A stretch of 64,000 nt of DNA from an uncultured cyanobacterium. GTDB lineage: Bacteria > Cyanobacteriota > Cyanobacteriia > PCC-9006 > JAAUQQ01. The stretch covers positions 544,001 through 608,000 of the forward strand of contig OY970368.1 of the NCBI GenBank assembly GCA_963718615.1. The letters run 5' to 3'. The position numbers and the translations under genes were made by a program. Of this stretch, positions 50,401-61,000 are shown piece after piece. Below the pieces are notes generated by a model. It was given only the letters and a program-made list of their open reading frames with translations, was not told the DNA's origin and ran no database searches. Within the stretch, counting starts at the first letter, position 1. Each line of letters starts with the position of its first letter.

Positions 50401-52141
50401 GGGCATCCTGGAGGGCGCGATCGGCCACCTTCAGCATCAGGAGCTGTTGGGGATGCAACTTGTGGACTTCGTTGGGCGGAATCTTGTAGCGGATCGTGTC
50501 AATGTCCACCGCATCCAGATAGGCTCCCTCAGGCGCTTGGCCATCCTCAAACCCGTAGGCTTTGAGCAAGTCCTGGCAATTCTCCACCCCTTTCCAGCGT
50601 TTTTCTGGCAGCGGACGAAATTGCTGGGTGCCTTCGTAAAGACTGCGCTCAAAGGCATCGAGATTGTCCAGTTGACCAAAACAGGCATCCATTCCGACAA
50701 TCGCCAAGGGAATCGGCACCGTGGGCGGTGCTTCCACGGAAGCCGCAATCAGCACCTCCGCCGCCTTAGCTGCCGGATCGACTTCCTCCACAATCACATG
50801 GGCATTGGTGCCCCCAAACCCAAAGGCATTCAGGGCAGCCCGTTTGGGATGCGGGGTCTGGGGCCAGGGGGTCGGCTGGGTGACGATATTCTCCGCCGTA
50901 ATCACACGATTGACCGACTGCTGGGGCGTTTGCAGGTTAATCGTTGGCGGAATCAGACTATTCTTCATCCCCAGAATAATCTTGAGCAAACTCACCATCC
51001 CCGCCGCCGTTAGTAGGTGGCCCGTATTGGCCTTCACCGCACCGACTAGGGGTTTCGCCTGATAGCGACCAAAGAATTCATCAATGGAATTCAGCTCCGT
51101 TGTATCTCCCAGGAGCGTCCCTGTGGCGTGGCATTCCAAATAATCAATCTCGTGGGGTGTAATCCCGGCTTCTGCGTAGGCCCGCTCAAAGGCGAGGATC
51201 TGGCCCTTTTGGTTCGGGCTGAGCAGATGCTTGCCGCGACCGTCGTTAGAAAGGCCAATGCCAGAAACAATGGCGTGGATGCGATCGCCATCCCGCACGG
51301 CATCGCTATAGCGCTTTAGGACCACCATCCCCACCCCATCTGCCGGAGTCAGCCCCCGCGATTGCTGGTCAAAGGGACAGCTCACCCCATTGTCTGGATA
51401 GGCTTGCAGCCCCGAAAACAGCATGCGGATAAACAGCGAATCGGAAAAACTAGCGGCACCGGCCAGCATCAGGTCCGCTTGGCCCGAATGGAGGTAGTGA
51501 CTGGCGAGGGCGATCGCATACAAAGAAGAAGAACAGGCCGCATCTAGCGCAAAATTCGCACTCCCTAAGGACAGCGCCTGGGCCACAATCTGCGCCGGTA
51601 AACTCGCCATTCTGGCATTTAGCGGATCTACACCCCCCTGACTCAGGGGCTTGAGCCGCAGTTCTGGGTCCTGGAGTAATTCCTGCATCGCAGGTTCTAC
51701 CGCCTGCTGATACAGGGGCGCAAACAGTCGATTGGAATATTGGGTCGGTAGCGACAGATTGCCGAGAATCACCCCCGATTTGCGTCGCAATTCGCCATTT
51801 TGCCAAGTCTCGCTATTCCAGTAGCCGCTGTCCTGGAGCGCTTGACGGGCCACATAGAGAGCGCTTTGGGCGATCGGATCCAAACCGGCAACCTGTTCTG
51901 AACTCAGGTCATAGCCCGCCGGGTCAAACTGAAAATCTCGAATAAACCCACCTTTCAAAGAATAGGTTTGGTCGGGATTGTCCTTATCCGTACCGTGAAA
52001 AATCGCTGGGTCAACCCCAAAGTCCTTAACGGTGGCTTGATCCGTGGAATCCTTGCCCAAGGCCAGATTTTGCCAAAACTGATCCGGATGATCGGCATCG
52101 GGAAACAAACAGCCAAGCCCAACAATTGCAATCTTTTCCAT
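47459..52141 (-). CDS. Fused HglD-HglC / PfaBC-like PKS: KS-CLF-AT
   Basis: Active KS (LDAACSS, ECHATGT, GHLLTAAG); CLF with Cys replaced (SAGEDS); PfaB-type AT (GYSLGE, VIHC). Confidence 0.92.
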   Translation of the reverse strand: MEKIAIVGLGCLFPDADHPDQFWQNLALGKDSTDQATVKDFGVDPAIFHGTDKDNPDQTYSLKGGFIRDFQFDPAGYDLSSEQVAGLDPIAQSALYVARQALQDSGYWNSETWQNGELRRKSGVILGNLSLPTQYSNRLFAPLYQQAVEPAMQELLQDPELRLKPLSQGGVDPLNARMASLPAQIVAQALSLGSANFALDAACSSSLYAIALASHYLHSGQADLMLAGAASFSDSLFIRMLFSGLQAYPDNGVSCPFDQQSRGLTPADGVGMVVLKRYSDAVRDGDRIHAIVSGIGLSNDGRGKHLLSPNQKGQILAFERAYAEAGITPHEIDYLECHATGTLLGDTTELNSIDEFFGRYQAKPLVGAVKANTGHLLTAAGMVSLLKIILGMKNSLIPPTINLQTPQQSVNRVITAENIVTQPTPWPQTPHPKRAALNAFGFGGTNAHVIVEEVDPAAKAAEVLIAASVEAPPTVPIPLAIVGMDACFGQLDNLDAFERSLYEGTQQFRPLPEKRWKGVENCQDLLKAYGFEDGQAPEGAYLDAVDIDTIRYKIPPNEVHKLHPQQLLMLKVADRALQDAQIQEGQAVAVIIAMETELSIHQLQQRWNFAWQVKDGLAEQRAEMPETQRLELEAILKDSIHGPAQTSEYVGYIGNIMPSRISALWDFNAPSFTLSAGEDSTVKALEVAQNLLAHGHADAVVVGAVDLAGGFEQVLLRNREAQVNRGVPTLSYDQKATGSMVGEGAGAVVLKRLEAAQQTQDRIYAVVDAMEFGWAKDLAQTCTLAHGRVGISAAEIGYLEVCGSGMPERDRLECQGITQAYRGDDLTCALGSVTANIGYTGVAATMASLIKTALCLYHRYLPALPKWSAPQEAERWVGTPFYVPQESRGWLVATGGKRRAAVSHLGIGGTVAHLILSEDLAQVHRSSRYLEQTPFYLFPLAASDRPSLEAKLSALLAQLETQPETGESLSALAKATFQAYQQETHLPYALTLVGNKPKSLRRETGKALETLAKAFETGEDWQTPGGSFFTARPQGAQGKVAFVYPGAFSAYVGQARDRFRLFPEIFNDPMLSNLGDRLVGIDRAIYPRSLNALTRRQLEDLDNRLLADPLAMFEAEIGCAGFTTSILQNYFKLQPDMALGYSLGETSMMLSQGVFANSEFGQGSHSLAQSPLFGDRLSGPKNAVREHWGLPTVTAADGQDLWSNFVLVAPVEDVRTVVATVERAYLTQINTPNEVVIAGHPDACKQVIEKLGCNAFRAPFNHVIHCPAMASEYDELVKLNGLAVHNRPPVKFYSAAAYQPIAVESQEIGRSIATNLCNPLDFPRLVNQIYDDGARIFVEVGAGGTCSRWISETLKDKPHLTTLLNRRGMDDHSSIVRALARLVSHRVPVDLTPLYGTDAPQPQKRTTMVKTIPLGGPAIQQTILSDQNRQKFKDVQIKRQAAPVQPPEPVKPPEPVKPPEPVKLPEFVNPMAGAIASPPVPAPPVPALPTPQPPNPPTPALVESQTAMSQAHAAFLKNRQAGLHSLRDLIELHLTQARETLQDDPETAEDSEAQPTSSRT
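47753..47807. repeat. 18-bp coding tandem repeat (PPEPVK x3) in the Pro-rich tail of the KS-CLF-AT protein
   Basis: tttcacgggctcaggcgg repeated. Confidence 0.8.
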
Positions 52142-52211
52142 CGCCGTTTTCCCTCTTAAAATTCATCTCAAACACGGTCTGCTCACATGCGATTCTGCGG
52201 GGAAGATCTCC

Positions 52212-53939
52212 CTAGGCCACCTGAGAATTGAGGGGAAAAATCGTCGCTTCTGCCCCTTGAACCAAACTGTAAATCGTGCCGTCTTCGTCATGAACAGTAA
52301 TGTCAATGACCAACCGGGTTTCCGTTTTCGAGACCAGTTTGGTCGTGGTGTAGAACGGTTTGTCGTAGGGGGCGCTGGAAAAGTTTTCAAACCGAACAAT
52401 TTTGGCGGGCAAGCAAACGGAATTGTAAAAATGCCGCAGCCAAATCCAAACGGAATGGGTTTGAATATCGGAAATATAGGGATTAATCGTTTGAGCCGGA
52501 AACTGGCCTTGACCCCGAGGGCCAATGTCATGGGCAAAATACTCCGCCGTCACCTGCTGCTCATCGATATTGAGAATGCGCTGAAGCCCCTGGAAGCCGG
52601 AACCATGGAACAGGGGATTGGGCTCGACGGTATAAAAATCCTGACCCGTCATCGTAATGACATGGTCCGGCGTTAGGTTAAACTGCTCCAACTTGGGTGC
52701 CGCAGGAATCTCCCGCACCAGGGTAAAGCGATTGCTGAAGTGATAGCGGGGCTTGCCGTTGGGTCCCAGGCTCCAGACTTTGCCTTCCAAAACAATCTTT
52801 TCTTCGCTCTTGACCCTTTCCTGCAGGTCTAGCACATATTCATCCGCTAGATTTTCGTCAAAGACCACGCCCTTCAGGACCTTGACCTCCTCGCAAACAA
52901 AGCATTTGTAGCCGGGATAGAGCTGTTCGCCTGCATTGGCTAGCCAGGAAATCGAACAGGTAAAGGGCAAAACCGGCGTCCCAGAAATGACGTGATCCAG
53001 GAGAAAGGGATTCTCTTCCAGGCTCAGTCGTCGCCGTAGACGATGGGTCTTCAGCTCATCCGTGACCAGCGCCAACGGCGGATGAATCGGTCCACCTACA
53101 ACCACCTGGGCCACGCCATGATGACGGGGGTTGAGCTCGTTGACAAGCATATCCGTCGCTTCATCCACCGGCAGAATATCGATTTTGCGCAAGGCAAAGG
53201 CTTTTTTCAGCTCGGGCGTCACCATACCACTGTCCCAGGGACCCCAGTTGATCGCCACCACATGGCAGGTGGGATGCTGCTGCTTGATCAGCCAAGCGGC
53301 TTTGTTGAGGATTTCGTTGGAGAGGGTATAGTCCGACTGACCGGCGTTGCCATAAAACCCCGCCACGGATGAAAACAACACAAGATATTGGAGTTGACTG
53401 GGGGGAACGAGGGTGAGCAAATTCTCCAGTCCTTTAATTTTGGGACCGTAGACCCGCTCAAAATCCTGTTCGGTTTTCTTTTCGATCAGCTTATCGGCAA
53501 GGTTTCCCGCGCCATGGATAATGCCGTTGATCGGCCCAAATCGAGCCACCACGGGCGCTAGCTGGGTTTGGAGTACCGCCAAATCCGTCACATCGGCACT
53601 GAGATAAACCGCTTCGTTCCCTAGGGACGCCAGGGTGTCGAGGGTGTGTTTAATTTCGCGGTTGGAGAGGAGCGATCGATAAACCTGATTAATCGCCATG
53701 GGCGTGGGCTTTTCGCCGCGAGCGATAAAGTCCTGCATGATCCGCTGCTTGAGCTCGGGTTCCTCGGTGCAGCCTGCGGCCCAGACCGGTTCGGTTTCTG
53801 CGAGGTGCGATCGCCCCAACAAAATCCACTTACACTGCGCCGAACGCGCCACTTTCATCACACATTCAGCGGTGACCCCGCGAGCACCGCCACTCACCAG
53901 AAATACGGTAGAGGCAGGGACTTGAGCTGTAGTTACCAT
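52212..53939 (-). CDS. HglG-like KR-DH didomain
   Basis: VSGGARGVT, HGAGNLAD, FSSVAGFYGNAGQSDY, INWGPW; DH motif FLLDHVISGTPVLP. Confidence 0.9.
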   Translation of the reverse strand: MVTTAQVPASTVFLVSGGARGVTAECVMKVARSAQCKWILLGRSHLAETEPVWAAGCTEEPELKQRIMQDFIARGEKPTPMAINQVYRSLLSNREIKHTLDTLASLGNEAVYLSADVTDLAVLQTQLAPVVARFGPINGIIHGAGNLADKLIEKKTEQDFERVYGPKIKGLENLLTLVPPSQLQYLVLFSSVAGFYGNAGQSDYTLSNEILNKAAWLIKQQHPTCHVVAINWGPWDSGMVTPELKKAFALRKIDILPVDEATDMLVNELNPRHHGVAQVVVGGPIHPPLALVTDELKTHRLRRRLSLEENPFLLDHVISGTPVLPFTCSISWLANAGEQLYPGYKCFVCEEVKVLKGVVFDENLADEYVLDLQERVKSEEKIVLEGKVWSLGPNGKPRYHFSNRFTLVREIPAAPKLEQFNLTPDHVITMTGQDFYTVEPNPLFHGSGFQGLQRILNIDEQQVTAEYFAHDIGPRGQGQFPAQTINPYISDIQTHSVWIWLRHFYNSVCLPAKIVRFENFSSAPYDKPFYTTTKLVSKTETRLVIDITVHDEDGTIYSLVQGAEATIFPLNSQVA

Positions 53940-54002
53940 AGAAATTTAATTAGATTTAATGAGGCAGAGACGGGTAAAAGGTTTCGATAGGAATTTAGGG
54001 TT

Positions 54003-54773
54003 TCACTGGGCGAGGAAACCGCCATCCACCGCGAGGGTATGTCCGACCACGAAGGAAGACGCGTCGGAACACAGCCAGATCACCGCATTGGCAATTTCCG
54101 CCTGGGTTCCCAAACGCCCTGCGGGTACAAAGGCTTGGAGCCAGGTGTCAAACTGGGAGGTATGTCCGCCCAGATTATTCTCAATCATAGGGGTCTGAAC
54201 ATAGCCCGGACAGATGGCATTAATCCGGATCCCGGTCCTAGCATATTCGGCGGCAGCGGCTCTTGTCAGGCCAATGACGCCATGTTTACTGGTGACGTAG
54301 GCCATGTAGCCTTTCATGCCACTACTTAGACCATGCACGGAGGACATATTGACGATCGCCCCGCCCCCCTGCTCCCGCATAAACGGAATCGCATATTTCA
54401 TGCAGAGCCAAACCCCCTTGAGGTTGATGCCCATGACGCGGTCCCAGTTTTCTTCCGTGCAGGCGGAGGTGGAGGCGCGATCGCCTTCAATCCCAGCGTT
54501 ATTAAACAAACAATCGACAGCACCGAAAACTTCAACGGTCTTGCGGACCATGGCTCGGACTTCGGCGGCCTGGGAGACATCCGTTTGGATAAATAGCGCT
54601 TCGCCGCCCATCTGATGAATCTGATGGACCGTCTTCTCGCCGCCTTCCACAGCCACATCGGAAACCACAACCTTGGCACCCGCTTCGGCAAAGGCAAAGG
54701 CCGAGGCTTGGCCAATGCCTGAGCTACCACCCGTAACTAGGGCAACTTTTCCGTCAAGACGGGGGGTGATCAC
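54003..54773 (-). CDS. Classical SDR oxidoreductase inserted in the PKS operon
   Basis: TGGSSGIG, VVVSD (acidic residue suggests NAD(H)), FNNAG, YVTSKHG, ICPG, VDGG. Confidence 0.9.
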   Translation of the reverse strand: MITPRLDGKVALVTGGSSGIGQASAFAFAEAGAKVVVSDVAVEGGEKTVHQIHQMGGEALFIQTDVSQAAEVRAMVRKTVEVFGAVDCLFNNAGIEGDRASTSACTEENWDRVMGINLKGVWLCMKYAIPFMREQGGGAIVNMSSVHGLSSGMKGYMAYVTSKHGVIGLTRAAAAEYARTGIRINAICPGYVQTPMIENNLGGHTSQFDTWLQAFVPAGRLGTQAEIANAVIWLCSDASSFVVGHTLAVDGGFLAQ

Positions 54774-54878
54774 GATACTGTATTCTCCTTTCCTAACTTC
54801 ATAGCTTGATCACTTGAATCATTCTGCTCACTTGATGACGCAGAATCGGGCCTTGGGAAAGACCCGATTGTCTTTATT

Positions 54879-54938
54879 TTTGCCTTTGTCTTTGCCTTTG
54901 TCTTTGCCTTTGTCTTTGCCTTTGTCTTTGCCTTTGTC
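54879..54938. repeat. 12-bp tandem repeat TTTGCCTTTGTC x5, next to a hairpin at 54844-54869
   Basis: Five perfect units; adjacent inverted repeat AATCGGG...CCCGATT. Confidence 0.92.
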
Positions 54939-55012
54939 TTGGGTTTTCCCCATTCTGCTCTCAGATTGTAACCTGAGGCTCTGGGGAGAACTGAGGACCT
55001 AGACTCAACCGA

Positions 55013-58000
55013 CTAGGCTGCGACGAGGGTAACTCGCCCCTGTTGGCCATAGGCGGCTTCTGGCAACAAGCCATCGGAATCGTGGAGTTCCGCCAGGATG
55101 CAGGCAACGGACTGCTCCGGGGTCAACGCCGGGTTAAGGTCCACCGCTCGGCAGAAGACCGAGCGCCACTCATAGTTGAGAGTTTTGGTGAGTCCCATCA
55201 AGCCTGCGGCAATCGGGCTGTACGGGTCCTGTTGGCTTAGACCGAAGGCCCCATCCAGCCGAGCAACGCTGAGGAAGACGCTGCGACCCAGGGTGGCTGC
55301 TTGGTTCAGCGGCGCTTTGAGATGCTTGGCCAAGAAGAAGACCTGTTTCACCAAACTGGATTCTGCCTCCGAAAAGCTGAGCCCTTGGCCCGCCTGGACA
55401 AAGCCAGTGGGATGAAGGTGGAGGAACGCCGCAATCGACCCTTCTTGGGTGGCGATCGCCTCCAGTTGCTGACCAAGCGCCACATCACCAAGCTGCTCTA
55501 GAACCACCCGCTTAACGCCCTGGGGCAAGGGTGCTTGCTGGGGAACCAACCCAGCCGGGAAGCTTAGAACCACGACCTTCCAATTCCGCTGGGTTAATTG
55601 CTGAGCCAGTTGGGTCGTGGTGGCCGAACCATCGTCGGTCAGGAGGCAAATGTGGCCGGAGGGCAATTCAAAGTCCAGCCAATCGGCAGGGGGCAAGTAT
55701 TGCAGCTGGGCCGGATGCCGAGGCAGGGGCAGGGGGTCAAGAGCGACGGCAGCTTCTAGGGCTGCGATATCCCAAGTGGTGACCCCTCCTTGGATCCCCT
55801 CGTTAAGCGTAGGACTGGACTGCTTTTTTTTTTCGGCACCGGTTTGCAGCCGAGCCTGCATATAGTCCGCCACTTGGCCCAGGGTCCGCAGCTCAATTTC
55901 AGCTAGCTCTTCCAGATTTGGCTGGGGCAGCTCCGGAAAGGCCTCTTGGAGTGCTCCGAGAATTTCAACCCGCTTGATGGAGTCAATCCCCAAATCCGCT
56001 TCCATGTCCATGTCCAGCTCTAGCATCTCAGCGGGATAGCCAGTTTTGTCACTGACGACCGCTAGGAGTTGGGTCTGCATTTCGCCGGGGGCGATCGCGA
56101 CCACCGGTTCGCTAGGGACGGCTAGAGGAGCGATCGCCTCGCCTGCATTCACTAGACCTGAATTTACTAGACCTGAAGCCACCTGGCCTTTCGCTAACTG
56201 GGACTGCATATAGTCCGCCACTTGGCCCAGGGTCCGCAGCTCAATTTCAGCTAGCTCTTCCAAATTCGGCTGGGGCAATGCAGGGAAAGCCTCCTGGAGC
56301 GCACCAAGGATTTCAACCCGCTTGATGGAGTCAATCCCCAGATCCGCTTCCATGTCCATGTCCAGCTCTAGCATCTCGGCGGGATAGCCAGTTTTGTCGC
56401 TGACGACCTCCAGGAGTTGGGTCTGCATCTCAACCGAGCTCACGCTGGCCGGGGCCGTTGCGGGAACCGGGGCGACTGCTGGGATGACTGCTGGGATACC
56501 TGCCGGAGCCACTACCGGGGGGTCTAAAAGGGCCACGGTGGTGCTTGCTTGGGCCGTTGCCAAGGCCGGGGCCGCGACGGGTGCTATGGGTCTAGGCACC
56601 GGGGCAGAAACAGGAGTTGCGATGGACTGACTGGGCACGCCCAAAGACATAGCAGGGGTCGCCATCGGTGCCGGTGCCGTCCCAGACGCTGTCCCAGGCG
56701 CTGTCGGGAGAACCACTGCCGGGGTCACAGGCGCAGACCCGTTCCCCTTGCCCTTAGCCAACTGAGCTTGCATATAGTCCGCCACTTGGCCCAGGGTCCG
56801 CAGCTCAATTTCAGCCAGCTCTTCCAAATTCGGCTGAGGCAGTTCCGGAAAGGCTTCTTGGAGTGCTCCGAGAATTTCAACCCGCTTGATGGAGTCAATC
56901 CCCAGGTCTGCCTCCATGTCCATGTCTAGCTCCAGCATCTCGGCGGGATAGCCTGTCTTGTCGCTCACAACTTCGAGGAGCTTTTCCTGCATGACACCGC
57001 TGGCAACCGTTGGGGCGATCGCGGCTGTAGTCGCGACAGGCGAAGTTGCTACGGGCGAGGTCACCGCCATCGGGGTCGCAGCAACTGGAGTTACCGCAAT
57101 CGGAGCTGTCATCATTGGAGCTGCTATGGGAGCCGCAGCCAGTGCTTCACCCTTGAGCTTAGACTGCATATAGTCCGCCACTTGGCCCAGGGTCCGCAGT
57201 TCAATTTCAGCCAACTCTTCCAAATTCGGCTGGGGCAGTTCCGGAAAGGCGTCTTGGAGCGCTCCGAGAATCTCAACTCGCTTGATGGAGTCAATCCCCA
57301 GATCCGCTTCCATATCCATGTCCAGTTCCAACATTTCTACGGGATAGCCCGTTTTGTCGCTCACAACCTCAAGCAGCTTGGGGGCAAGGGCCAAAGCATT
57401 CGACCTTGAAGCAGGAGCCGGAGCGGGAACCGGAATGGGCTCTGGTTGGACAACCGGCTGGACAACTGGCTGGATAACCTTAGCAACCGGGACTTCCGGC
57501 ACAGGGGCAGCCTTGACCACTGGGTCGGCGGCAACCGCTACTGGCGGAGGGGTAACGGGGGCCACTGGAGCCGCTGGCTGTACGGGCTGTACGGGCTGGA
57601 CAGTGGTCGCTGATTGAACCGTTCCTCCACAGACCTGCTGGCCTAGGCCGCAAAGTTGCTTTGAGAACTCCATCTGCTGGAGTAAATACTGCTCATGGAC
57701 CCGCAAAGTTTCCTGCTGATAGCCATGGAACGCCGCTAAGTTGCGATCCGTGCTGGCCACTAAATCCGCCTGCTGGCCTGCTGCTTCCGTCAGCAAACGC
57801 TGTTGCTGTTGTGCAATTTGCCCAAAGGTCTGGGTGTATTCCCGATGGCCATCGAGATATTGCTCATGCACCTTCAAAATTTGATTTTGGTGCTGAGTGA
57901 ACTGAACCAGCAGATTTTCCAGACTCGTGAGGGCCGGATGCGGAGATTGGGCAGAATTTTGCATAACGGTTATCGGGGCGACATCAGTTTGAGCGGGGGG

Positions 58001-61000
58001 AGGCAGGGTGGCCTTTTGAGTCTGTCCAACAGAGGGTTGACCATTGATCTGGCCAATCGAAAGATTTTGCGCAGCGTGGCCGTTGGTTTTACCATTGACC
58101 ATCTTGCCGTTACCGCTGCCATTGCCATTGGCCTTGCCGTTGCCGTTGCCATTGGTCTTGCCATTGCCGTTGCCATTGCCATTGGTCTTGCCGTTGCCAT
58201 TCAGTGACCCATGACTGGATACACCAGGGCTAGATGCACCATGACTTGCACCCGGCTCAAGCGTGACCGGCGGTTCAGCCAAGAATCCATGCTTTTGGGC
58301 CACAGGCGACACCCCTGGACTCGCGATCGCCCCAGACTCAACGGCTGAACCAACCGCTGAAACGATAGTGGGAACAGACGACGAAACCGCAATCTTAACT
58401 TGGTGACCATCCTGAAGCGCCGCTTCAAAGGCATTCTGGGTTTTCTCGCTGACGTAGCTTGCCCCACTAATTTTCACCATTAGCTTCTTCGCCCGTTCAT
58501 CGGGCTCAGCCGGGACTGCAATGGGCAACTGATAGGGGTCAATATCTGCCAGCGATAACCCTGCCACTCGCAATTGCATCGCCGCTTCGCGTAATTGCAG
58601 ATCGCTGTCCTTATGGCGGCTGGCATTGGTTGCGATCGCCAAGTGGGGGCGATCGCCCAAGATTTCCTTCACCAAATTGGTCAGCGTATTCTTCGGACCA
58701 AATTCAACAAAACAAACGCCTCCGGCAGCATAGATGTTCTCAATTTGTTGTTTGAACTGAACCTGGCTCACCATATGTCGCTGGAGGAGCGTTTTCATCG
58801 CGCCAACCTCAGCGGGGTAGACCTGTCCGGTGACATTGGTATAAATCGGCGTGGTGGGTGTACCCAAGGCGACTTGATCGACAGCTTGACTAAAGGGCAC
58901 CTGGGCATGGGCCACTAGCGGGGTATGGAACGCCGCAGACACCCGCAGGGGAATCGGCTCAAACCCTCGGGCTTCGAGGGTGGTTTTGGCGGCGGCGATC
59001 GCCGCCGTTGATCCCGCCAGCACCACCTGCTGTCCAGAGTTAAAGTTGGCGATCGCCACCCCCTCCAGGGCATTGACAATCGACTCAATCACCGCCGCAT
59101 CGCCCTTGACCGCCAGCATCGTCCCGGCATCAAAATCCCGACCCGCCGGAGCCGCCATCGCCTGACCCCGTGCCTTGACCAAGAAGGCATAATCTTGATC
59201 CGTCAGCACACCGGCGGCCCACAGGGCCGTGAGTTCGCCAAAACTATGACCTGCCGTAAAGTTGGGCGCAAATCCCGCTTTCTGGAAAATCCGATAAAGC
59301 CCCGTGCTAAACGCACCAATGGCAGGCTGGGCATATTCGGTTCGCTGAAGCTTGCGCTTTTGCGCTTCTGCCGACGCGTCGTCAAAAACAGAGCGAGGAT
59401 AGACCACCTCAGAAATGGCGTCCAACCCATCAGCCCGTAGCAACTGATCAAACGGCTCATAGGCTTGCCGAGCTTCTGGGAAGTTCACCGCAAGGCTTTG
59501 TCCCATGTCGAGGTACTGCGCCCCTTGGCCCGCAAACAAGGCTACGACTTTGCCCTGGAGCGCTAAACCGGACTGACGGTAATAAATGCCCTGGGGATGT
59601 TCCCAAGCCTCCCGCTTTTGTTGATTCAGCAGATTGATGGCGACCTTGAGCTTGGCACAGGCATCTGCGCGGGAGCTAGCCACAAAACCCAATCGGGCTT
59701 CCGTCATGGGAATCACTTGGGTTTTGCAGGATTCTGCCAGGTCGGCATAGGCGCGATCGCCCCCCGCTTCAGCCTGCAAGGCCGAGAGCACCGCCTGACA
59801 CCGCTGCGTCAATGCCGCCGTATCAGCCGCCGCAAAGAGCAGCGATTGCGGCACCGAATGAATCCGATACGGAGCGGAATGTTCCGATTGATACTCTTCT
59901 AGGACGATGTGGAAATTAGTTCCACCAAATCCGAACGAACTGACCCCAGAACGACGTGGAATTTGCGCTTCTCGACGCATCCAGGGCCGCAATTTGGTGT
60001 TGAGGTAAAACGGAGAATCTTCAATGCCTAGCTTGGGGCTGGGCTGATTGATATTGATCGTGGGGGGAATCACCTTGTGATGCAGTGCCAACGCAGCCTT
60101 AATCAAGCTGGCTGCCCCCGCAGCGGTTTTGGTGTGACCAATTTGAGCCTTGACGCTCCCTAGGGCGATCGACTGCTTTTCGGCCTGGGTTTCTGCGAAG
60201 ACCACTTTCATGCCTTCAAACTCTGCCGGATCCCCAGCCATTGTGCCTGTACCGTGGGCTTCCACCAATCCCACCGTTGCGGGATCAATGTTGGCATCGG
60301 CATAGGCGCGACGCAGGGCCTTGACTTGGCCTTCTGGACGGGGGGCATAGATACTCTTGAAGCGGCCATCGCTGGAGGTCCCGAGACCCCGAATGACGGC
60401 GTAGATGCGATCGCCATCGCGCTCCGCATCCTCCAACCGCTTGAGCACCACCATGCCGACCCCTTCGCCCAGCATGATGCCATCGGATTCCGCATCAAAG
60501 GGACGAGATTCTTGTTTACGAGACAGGGCAGGCGTTTTGCTAAAGCAGAGATAGGTAAAGGCAGAGTTGTCCGGGTCTACCCCCCCCGTCAGCATCATGT
60601 CAGCACGATGCTCGACCAACTCACTAATGGCCATCTTCAGCGCCGCCAAAGAACTCGCACAGGCTGCATCCAACGTGCAGTTCAACCCCCCAAAGTCAAA
60701 ACGATTGGCAATTCTCCCGGAAATCACATTCGAGAGCATGCCAGGGAAGGAATTCTCTTGCCAACTGGGATAGGCCAGCTTGAGTTTCTCGATCAGCTTT
60801 TGCGTATCTTCATCGGACAGGCCGCTGCTCTTCAGCACCCGCTCCCAAATGGGATACTGCAAACGCCCCCACAACGGCCCACTCAACTGCCGCCCCACGG
60901 CCCCGAGCACGACCCCTGTCTTCTCATAATCCACATCAAGCTGAGCAGGGCCATAGCCCGAATCTTCCATCGCTTGACGGGCCACCGCTAGGGCCAAAAG

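Noticed and set aside
54879-54938. Possible CRISPR array (also the arrays at 2641-2692 and 15942-15986)
   Set aside because: Units are 12-15 bp, directly abutting, with no unique spacers and no cas genes.
60254-60991. 245-aa plus-strand ORF, and other 100-210 aa ORFs opposite the PKS genes
   Set aside because: Antisense shadows of GC-rich PKS coding sequence with no recognisable domains.
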